Part shown: one piece after another, positions 1 through 11,697 of the stretch
Layout: every line of letters begins with the position of its first letter
How positions within the stretch are numbered: position 1 is the first letter of the stretch
Source of the DNA: Trichosphaerium sp. ATCC 40318
Taxonomy: Eukaryota; Protista; Tubulinea
DNA length: 64,000 bases
Direction: 5' to 3'
Assembly (NCBI GenBank): GCA_038496445.1
Contig: JALMLS010000504.1
Location: 124,001-188,000 of the forward strand
The notes under the pieces: model-generated
Told to the model about the DNA's origin: nothing
The model's database searches: none
The model's input: only the letters and a program-made list of their open reading frames with translations
Position numbers and translations under genes: made by a program

Positions 1-632
1 TGCTTTAATTTTGCTTTAATGAGCATGTGTACTGATATTTTTTTATTACACAGGTTGCTTGTTAATGCTGCAACACGCATATTCCCTCAAGAAAGATTTG
101 AAGAGGAGTACCGCCTTGGCATGGCAAATGATACATCCGGCGCTGTTTTAACTCTTGATGTTTATTTCCCAGACCTAGAATTGGCTTTAGAGTATCAAGG
201 AGAGCACCATTATGAAGAAGTAAATGCATTTGGTCCTACAAGATTACAGCAACTAAGAGACACAGAAAAAGCAATAAAATGCCGAGAGCACGGTATGCAA
301 CACTAGTTATCTCCTGAGAAAGAAATTCTCTAATTTTTTTTTCTTACCTCCAGGCATCACACTTGTCCCAGTACCTTATTGGTGGAACCCTCAAGATTTG
401 GAATCATTATCATCAACAATAGCGTACCATAAGCCTGATCTTAATATGAAAATTACTGTTCAACCACTTATCTCAAAACCTCCTGAAGCGTTGCTTCCAA
501 GCACATTACACCAATGTACGTTATTTGCTTTTTTTAAAACACGTGTTTTCTGACTTTCAAATAAAAGCTGTGAGAGGACCTACATCGAATGCCATGGATC
601 CAAGAGTATCCCATGCAATGCCTATTATGTAA
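1..632 (+). CDS. 3' part of a protein ending in a PD-(D/E)XK / Vsr-like (DUF559/RAP-like) endonuclease domain; 5' end outside window
   Basis: Spliced reading LDVYFPDLELALEYQGEHHY...QQLRDTEKAIKCREH|GITLVPVPYWW; GT-AG introns at ~292-352 and ~517-567; stop at 630-632. Confidence 0.7.
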
Positions 633-878
633 TACATCCATAATGGCGTATAAACCCCATAGCCTGGAACTATTGTATATTAAAGAAAAAACCCAAAAAA
701 TTTAATCGTCCAATGTAAAAAAGGTTTCCTGTTACTTTATGCTACCACATACAGCTTAAAACGTTAAGCCATGTTGTCATGGGTGTGATAAATATAATTT
801 TCTTCGTCAAAGTGAAAAAAAACACATGAGTAATTTCTCCAAAAATGGCGTCCACGTGATTTTATTATTTTCTATTAG

Positions 879-1230
879 GTTGTCAACTTTTTCTCATAAG
901 TGACCTTGGTGATGTTTCAGAAGTTACTATTGCATGTGACACTCGCTACTCAGGTAAAGCTTTGGTTATTTTAACTGAACAAAATAATTAATTGAATGAT
1001 GCTGTGTAGGTTTGGAAAAAGCAACACTCACTTGCTGTTGACAATTTGGATATTGAGAAACCAAGTGTATGTGTTTTTTCTCTTGATAACAACCTTAATA
1101 TTGAGTTATTTAGGGTTTTTGTTTGTACAAGAGATGCATGTCGCACAAACCTTAGAATACAACAAACTTCACAAAGTCATTGTCTCAATAATAAAACTAA
1201 TTTCACAAATTTGTTTGAAAAATGTTACTA
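879..1230 (+). pseudogene. Relic of the MRH-like membrane protein gene (paralogous to ~37295-37600)
   Basis: Close DNA match to 37295-37600 (gtgaccttggtgat.tttcagaagttact...gagaaaccaagtgtatgtg...caagagatgcatgtc); reads DLGDVSEVTIACDTRYSG and DIEKPSVCVF...VCTRDAC. Confidence 0.7.
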
Positions 1231-1311
1231 AAAAAAAAAAGAGCAAAAACTGTTCGCTTGCATGATAAAAAAAAGTTTGTTTATTCTTCTATTCTTTTAT
1301 AATTCTTTAAT

Positions 1312-2943
1312 CTAAATTAATCTTCTACTAATCCAGGGACCTTGATGGTTTTCACGTGATATAGAAAACGTGCCAGCCAGCCGAAGTGTTTCTATACCTT
1401 TGTCACTCACTTTTGTTCCTCCCAGTCTAATAGTGTGAACACCTGCTAGGGCATTAACACATTCATCTGTAACACTTGCAAATCTCAGAGAAATATCGTG
1501 GACACCCGAAAGTGCTTTTACACCTTCATCCGTAACTTTAGTGCTCTCTAGAGATATAGTGTGTACACCTGAAAGTGCTTCAACACCTTCATCCGTAACC
1601 TTAGTGCTCTCTAGATCTATAGTGTGTACACCTGAAAGTGCTTTGACTCCTTCATCTGTAACTTTAGTGTCCTTAAGGTCAATAGCATGAACACCTGCTA
1701 ACGCTTTGATCCCTTCATCTGTTATCAGGGAAGAATGGGCAAGTTTAATGGTATGAACACCCGCAAGTGCTTTTACACCATCATCTGTAACTTTAGTGTA
1801 CTCCAGATCAATAAAATGGACTCCTGCAAGTGGTTTTACACCTTCATCAGTCACTCTTGTAGAACGAAGGTATATTGTGTGAACACCCGCAAGTGCTTTC
1901 AAACCTTCATCTTTTACTCGGATTCCTACTAAAGTAATTGTATGAACCCCTTGCAAGTGCTTTGACACCTCTGTATGTAACCTTGGTTTCATTGAGGATG
2001 ATTGTATGAACACCCGCAAGCGCTTTCACTCCTTCATCTGTTAATGGAATTCGCGCTAAACAAATTGTATGAACCCCTGCAAGTGCTTTGACACCCCTGT
2101 CTGTAACCTTGGTATCATTGAGGTTAATTGTATGAACACCAGCAAGTGGTATCACACCTTCATCTGTAACTGTAGTTCTTTCCAGGTTAATTGTGTGAAC
2201 CCCAGCGAGAGCTTTTACACCTTCATCTGTAAATTGATAACAAGACCCAAGATTAATCGTATGAACACCTGCCAGAACCATGAGCATCTCGTCTGTAACC
2301 ACTTCATCCAAATCAATCTCGTGAACTCCTTTAAGCGCTTTTATACCATCAATTGTAATTCTTTCCACTCCTTGAAGATTGATTGTATGAACACCTTTAA
2401 GCGCTTTTAAACCTAACACGTGATAAGCTTTTCAAAAAACGTGATGTCATCGTTGAATACAAAATTAGAAACAGATTGGAGATGGTTGTATTTCACTGAT
2501 GGGTTTTCATACTGGACAGCCCACGTGTTTGTTGAATGAGTACCTTTGTCTGTTATCAGAGTTCTCTTTAGGTTGATGGTGTGTACACCTGATAAGAACG
2601 ATAATGCTTCGTCTGTTACATTGGTATACTTGAGATTGACACTACGAACGCCTTTAAGCAGTTTGATGCCTTCGCTTGGCACCGATTTGAGTACTTTTAC
2701 ATTGGTGTGTTGTAGAGCGCCCTTGTACTTTGCGAAAGCCTTGGCATCATCTATCATCTTCAACGTCGCACTGTAGTACCCAATAACATCATGAACAACT
2801 GTGGCAAGTCTGTGACAACTCTGAGCGGCTGAATAACGTGCTTTGGTAGTAAAACAGAGAATGACGCCCAAAATCTCATTAGGCAGTGTAAGGAGGTTTG
2901 CGTTAACCTTTGTACGAGGATCGAACGTTATGTATTTATCCAT
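1312..2943 (-). pseudogene. F-box + 22-aa LRR protein, copy 1 (frameshifted, exon 1 missing)
   Basis: F-box-like LLTLPNEILGVIL; repeats VTDEGVKALAGVHTIxLxxT; intron 2413-2543; extra base at ~1951 (gcaaggggttcat vs gcaggggttcat) splits the ORF; the upstream exon seen in copies 2 and 3 is absent. Confidence 0.8.
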
Positions 2944-2977
2944 TGGGCTAAAATACGTGTGTTAAAAAACACGTTTT

Positions 2978-3105
2978 ATATTACCATTCAGTTAACAGTA
3001 ATTAAACGCAAAACAGAAATAGATCCTAATCATAGACTTGGTAAAAAGGTGTTCAGTGGGTTTGCACTACTTTGCGTTTAATTACTGTTAACTGAATGGT
3101 AATAT
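2978..3105. mobile_element. 128-bp MITE-like insertion with perfect 35-bp inverted repeats
   Basis: 2978-3012 is the exact reverse complement of 3071-3105; the paralogous site at 3847-3912 (inverted) lacks the insert; 2-bp AT/TA duplication at the junctions. Confidence 0.8.
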
Positions 3106-3769
3106 TGTCTGTTTCATTCAAGTTTTGAGACTGACTTTTAGCAAAAAAAATCCAGTTTCTGCCCGATCTGTCAGATCTGACGGATTTGACACTTCTGACA
3201 GATCTTGCAAATTGTCATTTTTTTAAATGTGATCTACCCTCACGCCTGTCGAGTGAATCCAACCATTTCAAACCCACGTGATTTAACAAACCCGTAGCAA
3301 AAAATTTTATTTACATATTTGACGCCTGGCGGCGTTTACAAAGCCTACAGCAACGCTGGTGGTGTTTTGGGGCGGTTTTGACGTTGTTACACCTTCATTG
3401 CTGCTTGGATGCTACCATAGCGCTTCTGTTAGCGTGGGGTAGGCGCTAGCGTAGCGCTAGTAAGTTATACACGTACGTTGATTTTTTGAAGCAAAACATA
3501 CAGCAAACAGTGTTTTGAGGCATACATATCGTGTTTGGTAATGCGATAGCTTTGTAGGACATCATACCTTTTTAATTCGCTTTTAGCGCATTGAACACCT
3601 CTGTGGTTTGATCGTACCGTGTACAGTTGGCGTAGGTAAAATACTGCGATCATCTTCAATGGTATGTTGAAACTTACATTGAAAATTTTGCTATCACTTA
3701 CCGTAAGGTACCTAAGTCATACAATAAAGGACAACATTGTAACACAAATAGTTCACATTGTGATAGATC

Positions 3770-4210
3770 TACACCATTTGACAGAAGTGTCAGATCTTGT
3801 TAGATCTGCTAAAAGTGCTAAAAACTCACTTTCTAGAAAATATTAGTAAAACTTGAATGAAACATACAATAAAACGGTTTTTTAACACACGTATTTTACC
3901 CAAATGGATAAATAGTTGGGTAGTAAATAAAACGGTGTTTTTACTATCAGTGACCAGTGTATGTGGTTGTTACAAACAATTACTAACCAGTTCTTTCTGG
4001 GTCAGAGAATTTTCAGATGGCAAGGAGGTAAAACACACGTGCCACGTTTTTTTTTAATAGAATTTCAACAAATAACTGATCTTTGCCATAAATCAACTTG
4101 TGAACTACCAAACCATATAATGTCTGTCGCATTCAAGATTTGCAAGATCTATCAGGCAGAAACTGGATTTTTTTTGTCTGGCTGCAAACTTGTATGAGAC
4201 AGACAATATC
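3770..4210. repeat. Mosaic of inverted partial copies of 2933-3210 plus the F-box-LRR upstream block
   Basis: 3847-3912 and 4140-4210 are reverse-complement matches to 2933-2978/3103-3210; 3916-4045 matches 40921-41018 + 41440-41468 and, inverted, 11608-11680. Confidence 0.7.
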
Positions 4211-4379
4211 AGTAGAACATGCTCTAGAATACTATCGTAAGCACTTCACAGAAGCTTTCGATAAAATAATGTCAAAACAACACAACGTACAACTCGACCA
4301 ACTTCTTTACAATGAACAAGCGTGACATTCAAACGACTATGAGTCACACAAACGCAACCAAAAAGAGAAGTACATAAAT

Positions 4380-4790
4380 CTTTTCCTCAAATGACAGATG
4401 TGATATTATTGCAAATGTACTCATTCGGTTCAGTTGCTTCCCTACTGAAGTTGTCTCGAATATTTTACAGTACACACAAATCACAAGGCTAGATTTTCTG
4501 TTGCCCAATCATGTTGTCTTATGGCTGATCTCATTCATGCGATTCCGAGATGTTATAAGATAAGACAATACAATACTGTTATTCGAATGGATGAACGCCT
4601 TGAAGCACTTGCTAGAGTTCATAGCATTGACCTTAGTAAATGTAAAGCAAGGTAGGTATCAAGTCATTTGAAAGGTTTCATACTATTAGTATTGGTAGAA
4701 ATGTGACAGACAGAGTAAAGGCGTAAGAACAAGTTCATACTCTTAACATTTCTCCTGCCAATACCATTGCAAATTTAACAGAAGCCTCAG
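4380..4790 (+). pseudogene. Degenerate LRR gene of the same family (copy 4)
   Basis: From 4588 reads MDERLEALARVHSIDLSKCKA; downstream fragments FHTISIGRNVTDRVKA*EQVHTLNI with stops and shifts. Boundaries approximate. Confidence 0.6.
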
Positions 4791-5168
4791 TGAATGTGTA
4801 CGGTAGAACTGTACACCGGAATCAAAAGTGATCCTATTGGGCAACGCGTAACGAGATTTATGAGCGGAGGATCTGGAGCATTGTTTTGGTAGCTAAACAA
4901 GAATTTCAAAGTAGAATAACAAAGAGCATGCCAACAAGCACCAAAAACATCGTTGACATAGACCTTGTTTTCTTTCAACACAATGCGAGTGTTCTGACGC
5001 ATATGTGGCTATGCTAGAGCCACCAAAGACCAAGCGGGTTTCCTCTAGCATGTCTCGCCTACATTGGCGACATGTGGACACAGTGTAATCACGTGTTTTT
5101 ACAGAATGTGAACGTTTCTTAGTGTGAACAAATGACTGTTTCCTCTAAACGCCTAAAAGACACTGACA

Positions 5169-6329
5169 ATGCCATCGCGTTCTATTATCAGTAGTTTACT
5201 GTTTCTAAGTCTTGCAGTACTTACAGTAGCTCTAGACGAACCTATAACATACATTAACGTTTATACGGACATTGGATGTAATGACTTCCTTGTTTCAAGG
5301 CGTACGCAGTAAATGTTATTTGTACTCGCTTCTAATACTCCCATAGCGGTGACCCTCGGCTTGAACGTCGCTCACTCAACGTTTGATGTATGTGAGAGGT
5401 CTCTAGGATGCTTACTTGGTAGAAACGCTTCAGGTTGCCCTAACGACGCTAGAAGAGCTGAAGCACCTCATAGTACTATTTCTAAGGTTGGCACAACTGG
5501 CCCTGGTCAGTTTCGATACACGTGGGAGTGTCACGATAGTCAGCTTTATTTTGGATGTTACGTAATGTTCACTTACAGCAGACCTGCTGTTTGCCGTGTT
5601 GCAGACGCTAATACTTATGCTGATAACATTGCGTACTATAGCCTTTATGATGACGACGAGTGTACTTCCTTTCTTGTCTCTCGAGGTATAAAAAAATCAC
5701 GTGCGTTAAATGAAATCCTAATGCGAAGATTTTTTTTAATAGGTTTGAATGCACCTGGAGATTTTGAGTTTCGCCAAGATCCAAGTGTTTCTGGATCGTC
5801 AAGATGTGAAGACTATGTTCAGTGTTTTGCAAATCCTGATCTACCAAGATGTCAAGAGTTCTCAGAGGTGAAGGAGATATCTTCTATTAATGATACACAT
5901 GTAGTTGAAAATGGGGACGCTCAAAGATTTGATGAATGTTCTCCTGTCCCTTTGCTTCCTGGTTGCTATCAAAAGGTAAGCCTGTTTTTGGATCTTTATA
6001 TTCACTGTGTTTTTTATAAGATAACTCATAAAGTACCTCCTAATTGCCAAGTGGGTTGTGTTACTGGATATGTAAGGAATGGAGAGTGCATGTACGCATA
6101 CTTTCTGAATAATCTGCAGATTCAGGAGGATCATCTTTTTTCGAAAACAAACTGAACTAATTATTTTCTTCTGTTTTTTAGTTGTGTTTCACGGCCTTGT
6201 TCGTGTAATGATAGAAGAGAAGAGTGTCGGTGTGAAGATAGCTGGGGTTGCTCTGGTGTTGATATAGCAAATACTCCTGATAAGTATACTTTTACTCAAG
6301 ACGGAAAAGAATGTGAGTGTAACTGGTAA
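5169..6329 (+). CDS. Secreted cysteine-rich protein, unknown function
   Basis: Signal peptide MPSRSIISSLLFLSLAVLTVA; internal repeat C..FLVSR occurs twice, each followed by an intron; Cys-rich C-terminus ending GKECECNW*. Confidence 0.65.
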
Positions 6330-6675
6330 AATAAAAAAAAAATTACATTACGAGAGAATTAAGTTTTTTATTTTCTTTCTGCTTGCATACCTGTTTCTCA
6401 GCGAATTTTTTTTGTTTCTTCGTTTTAAAAGAAACTCATTATATATTTCTCTAAATCCTTTGATATCTTTTATCTCTATATCCATAAGTATAAGACCATA
6501 TTCTTATCCAACTTGTTTAAAATATTATTAATGTCAGAATATTGTAATCAGTTCAAGAACACGTTCAGCCTTCAAATCAAACAACTGCCAAAACCAACCA
6601 AAAAATTATTTTAACATGCATGTGCTATAGTGGTTGTTAAACCGTTTAAAGTATTTACAGTAACTGAATTGTTTA

Positions 6676-7513
6676 TCAAACAAGCAAAAATAACATTACA
6701 ATCAAAGCTAATCCAGGCACTGAGATAAAAGATGAAGAAGTAGGTGCTGTTGAAGGTCCTATGGTGGGTTCTACTGTCGGAGGGGTCGTTGGAATTGGGA
6801 TTGGGGGTAAAACAGTGCCTGTATAGAACGCTATTCGGTGTACACATACTTCAAACTGTTCATTTATGTCATCTGAGAATAACCATACTCTATTTCTGAT
6901 AGTTGGAATCCCATCTTGTTCTGTAAAAGATGCTCGGTATCTATCAGTACCTGCTATTGTAAACGTACAATTTCTAGATCCAGGATCATAACTGCCAGAA
7001 GTAATTAGCACTTGCTTTACAAGTAATCAATGAGACTAGACTTACGAGAAAAGGATTGTAAAGGAGCTATTTTGGATTTCTGGAGTAATAGGGTAAGGAG
7101 TTCCTTTAACGAATGCCAACCTTTGTCCAAAGAAGTAAAAGCCATCATCATTGTTATTATCCCATCCGAGTATTCTTCCTAAAGCTCCAAAGACAAAAGC
7201 AACATCAACTTCCATTGCAACAACGTAAGGAGCATTACTTATAGAAGCATCAGGATTGGTTAATATTAAATATGGGTTGATATATCTAGGTAGCAGGAGA
7301 CAACCTCGTGTGTAGTTTTCACGCATTCCAATGGTTAAAATGCTATCACGTGATTAGGAAATACTTAATATCAGTTTGAAGAATATTGTTAACGTACCCA
7401 TTACCTGCATCGTCATTGAGATTGTTGTTAAAGTTAAATTCATGTACAAGTGTTTGTAAATGAGCTGATTGAACGAACAGCGCCAATACTGTGAGCAGAG
7501 TAGGTAGGTACAT
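6676..7513 (-). CDS. Secreted/surface protein, possibly LamG/ConA-like, with Pro/Thr stalk and hydrophobic (GPI-like) tail
   Basis: MYLPTLLTVLALFVQSA signal; HEFNFNNNLNDDAGNG start; PTTPPTVEPT stalk; C-terminal hydrophobic segment; GT-AG introns ~7340-7397 and ~6990-7045. Confidence 0.6.
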
Positions 7514-8250
7514 TATACGGGGTGCAATTGACGTTGAAGTTATATAATTATGATATATAAGACGGATATATCGCTTGTAATTACTGTTTAGTAAACGCGA
7601 ATTATTAACGATACAAAAAAGGGGTATTCAATGAATAAGAATTATACAGTGACATTAAGGAGCGGAGTACTACACCTCAACTTGTTTTAAGAACAGAAGT
7701 AGATTGCATTTTTAGTTGGCGGAATGTGAGATTCGCAGTGGGGCTGATGAGCGCTTGATTCATGTATCAGAGCAGATGTCCGAAACATCATTTGTGCTTC
7801 CCGAAAAAGTCGGTAAACTCTTCAAGCAGAATGGCCTTCGGGTTTGTTGTGAGGCAAAACGGGTTAAATTGTATCGGAATTATTAATTTCTGGGTAACAA
7901 CTTGTTGTTAGTTCAAGTTGTAAGTTAAATGAGTGATAGTTTGGCTGCCAATAGTTGTTGAAATTTCTTCGCACAAAAACTGTGCTGCCCCCAAATTTGC
8001 ACTTCACAGACAGCACTTTGAATATCCTTCAATAGACTGTTACTAGGGTAAACATAATACAATGACAGAAAATATTGTACTGCATCTAGTTTGTGTCATC
8101 GGTCACTGCTTGCCGTTTAATATTGCCTCGTTTCTCCAAGTCTTTGCATAGTTATGTTATTGCTATTATTCAATTTGTTACACATAATTATGCAGTACTG
8201 CTACACAATTTTGCGGTTTCTATGTAACTTCTACTCCTAATCATAACAAC

Positions 8251-11242
8251 ATGTCCTCTACAATATTGTTGTTATTAATCACGTCATTATTTGCTTCACT
8301 CGTGTCACCTACATGCACAGGAGCGGACCTCACAGTGAGGGCACTAAATGGGCGATGTAATAACCTTGCAAACCCAGAACTAGGCACTCCTGAGACTATA
8401 TACTACCGTAGTCGCGAAGGAGTGGCGTATAACGACACATCACCTCCTTTTGAAACAGCTATACTGGAAGGACGACCTAGGGTAAGAGACGTTAGCCTGG
8501 GAATACTTGGGAAGCCACAAAACCCTCGTACACAAAAAACAGCGAAAAGACTATCTCTCCTGCACACCTTCTTTGGACAGTTTGTTATGCATGATATAAC
8601 TCAAGTACGTGCGGTTATTTTGGGGACAAGTTCGTACTTTTTTTTTTTTTTATCACGTGACAGCACGCAAAAACTAAATAGGGTTTTTAAATAGACAGCA
8701 GAATTAGACACGCCTAATGATCCACTCCGCGAAGATACTTTGGATACTCTTATACTTCGTGATGACGACCCTTTTCTGTTCCTTCGTACGTTATTCGACA
8801 GTCCTCCGAAGACAAGGTGTTTTATCCTGTCGTTCATTTTCATTTTATGCGAAAAACGTTTAAAATTATCGTTGAGCAGGTTTTCACCCAATTTGTTAGC
8901 TTTCCCTCCGTTTAGCAGAAAGACAGGTCTTGGTCCATTTCCAACACCTGTTGGAATTTCCAGATCGCGAACCCAGATAGTTGATGACGTTAGAGAAATT
9001 ATAAATGAACAGACACATTTCCTTGACCTTTCGACTATTTATTGGCACAATAAAACATACCAAGACGCCTTCAGAACAAGTACGCACAGTTGTTCTTTCG
9101 CATTATATGACTGTTTTGGCCAACGTTGCATTGCTAACTCGATATTACGCAGATGTTGGAGGTGAAATGATTGTAGAAGATCACGAGATTGTATCCGCTT
9201 ATAACCCTGATAATCCAACAATTGGTACAGAGAATCCTGAGAGGAGAAAGTTGTTTGGAACGCTTCCAAATATAGATACGACACGTGAGCATCATTCAAA
9301 GACAACGCTGTTTGTTACTCACTTACGTGGTTTATAGAGACTCCAAATGGTAGAGGACAGCATGGAGATGACCCTCGAGAAACTGTTTTCGCAAGCGGAG
9401 ATGAACGAAGTTCATCAGTACAAGGTCTTACTTCGATACATCATGTTTTTTATCTTGAACACAATAGAATTGCAAAAGAGCTTCAATCCCAAGTACAACA
9501 ACCCGTTTATTACTTTGCATTCCATTTCTAACAGGTTATTTTAAGAACCCTTCATGGACTGATGAAGAGGTGTTCCAAAAAGCAAGAGCTATAAACACAG
9601 CTCAGTATCAACATATTGTCTACAATGAGTGGTTACCTTTGCTCTTTGGAGATTATCAGATAGCAAGATACCTTGGGTAAGCGTAAAATAGAACATCACG
9701 TGATAGTGTTCCAACTATATTCTAACTTTGCAAAAGACGTTGGAGAGGATATAATCCTTCCGTCGATCCTCGTGTTTCAGCTCTTGTCAGCGGCGTTGCA
9801 AGTCGCTTTGGAATAACCGAAGTTCTTGATTTGACACCTACTTATGATAAATGTGGCAACCCTGATATCACGCTGGGATGGGGTGGTGTACTTATCCAAG
9901 GAACAAGCAATGGCGGTCCTGTTTTCCCATTAAGAATTGTACGTTTTTTTTTCTTCATAAAAAGTTTTCTCTTTATCTTATGTTCTTTTCATAGACTTGC
10001 GCAGCTGGAAGCTTTGATAATGTTCTACGTGCTATTATATACACACCAATAGAACAAATAGATCATATGGTATCAGATATTTTGAGAAACTTTAATATTC
10101 CTGCACAAACCTCTGTTGGAGTTGGTAAGTGTCGAATTTTACTGTTTTACTTCATCCCAAAATCTCTTCTAATAGTTTATAGACGTTGTGTCTTTGTTCA
10201 TGGCCCGTGCACGTGATAATGGTATAGCTGATTTCGAAACAGTATACAGCAGCTGGAATCCACTGGAACCTGGAACAACAAGCTTATATGATTTTTGCAA
10301 TTCTACACCATTATCTGCAGTTGACGATGTAGAATGTTTCGAGTCATGGCTTGAACAATTCTCTGATGTACCTGACTTGGCCGCCAATACGAGAGACGTA
10401 ATACATGAGTACTTTCATACCTTGCCTAATAACGTTACACAGGTATATCAAAAGCTTACTGCCTTGGACCCTTGGTTTGCTTTTTTGGCGGAAGAAAAAG
10501 AAATTGGATCAGCGATGGGTAGAACCTTATCCAAAGTGCTTCTTGACCAATTCCGACGTCTTAGAGATGGTGATAGGTTCTGGTATGAGAATCTTCCTTC
10601 TCTGGGTAACATGCCTGGTATCAATGAGCCTGGTCTGACACAAGGTATGTTAAACAAACTGCGGATATGCTATGTCTTAAAATACACCTGAGATTATCGC
10701 TTCTAACATTGTTCTTTAGCTGAACTTGACCAAGTCCGTCAAATAACAATGAATACAATACTTGAGAGGATAACTGATGGTTCTGTGCCAGAAGAGGCAT
10801 TTATAGCACCACTTTCTGGTGATAATTCTTGCGCAACAGTTCCTAGCATAAGAATATTGAGTGGAGCAACTGTTTTGAAAGAAGCGTTGTTTAATGGGAA
10901 CATTATTGATGTCACTGATGTTCAAACACCAACTGTAACAATTGAAGCGTCAACAGTTGGACCTGTTGGGTCAGTTACTTTTGACATAAGCGGTGTAGGG
11001 TCACCACAGTCAATGTGCGTCTCACATTCCTTGTTTTTTCTTAACTAACACACGACAATAGAAACGTGAATTTACCTGCAAGTGTAACGTTGCCTTTGAA
11101 TTCTAATCCAATATGTGACTCTCAAAATGATGAAGTTGATTTAACTATTGTTGCAACTCCATTCAGTCAACAAAACGGAGCAGGTGACTCTGGTTTCCCT
11201 CTTGTAACTATCATTACTATAGTAGGAAATAGTCAATGCTAA
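8251..11242 (+). CDS. Secreted animal-type haem peroxidase homologue (peroxidase-cyclooxygenase superfamily)
   Basis: Signal peptide; motifs RALNGRCNNL, FGQFVMHD, NEQTHFLDLSTIY, SGDERS, EHNRIA, AQYQHIVYNEWLP, RARDNG, QFRRLRDGDRFWYE over about 10 exons. Confidence 0.9.
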
Positions 11243-11607
11243 AAGCCAGTCATCACATGCCATTACTTTTTGGATGTTTGTCTGTTTTGTCAAAATAAAA
11301 CTGTATCTGATATGAATTAGTTATTGGACTATCATTGTTAATAACGACTTGAAGCACAAGCCTTTAGCCAATTTTTAAGTACATTATGTTTGATGGTATT
11401 CCATATTTTATGTCCTCCTATTGTGTTTCAATTCTGTTCGCTTGATCAGATCGCATTGGAGCTATTTTTTCTCCAAAAAACCTCAACCTGGAACGATACA
11501 AATGTGTTAGTAGTACACGTGCAATTACGCTAGGTCAAGGTCCCGTGCAAAACAACCGATGGCAGCGGATTCAAAATCAATGACGAAAAATCGAAATGAT
11601 AACGTAA

Positions 11608-11697
11608 TGACACGTGCGTTTTACCTCGCTTCCACAGAAACGGTAACTGATAGTAAAACACGTGCTTTTAAATACTAGCTACCTCCAACGTGCTTCC
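11608..11697 (+). promoter_or_regulatory. Conserved upstream block of the F-box-LRR genes with CACGTG boxes
   Basis: cacgtgcgttttacctc...actgatagtaaaacacgtg is conserved upstream of copies 1, 2 and 3. Confidence 0.5.

Noticed and set aside
7735-7850. Hammerhead-like core (CTGATGA at 7744, CGAAAC at 7781) and a cUUCGg hairpin
   Set aside because: Stem II does not close properly next to the core and the cleavage triplet would be GUG; the region also reads like a decayed coding fragment on the minus strand.
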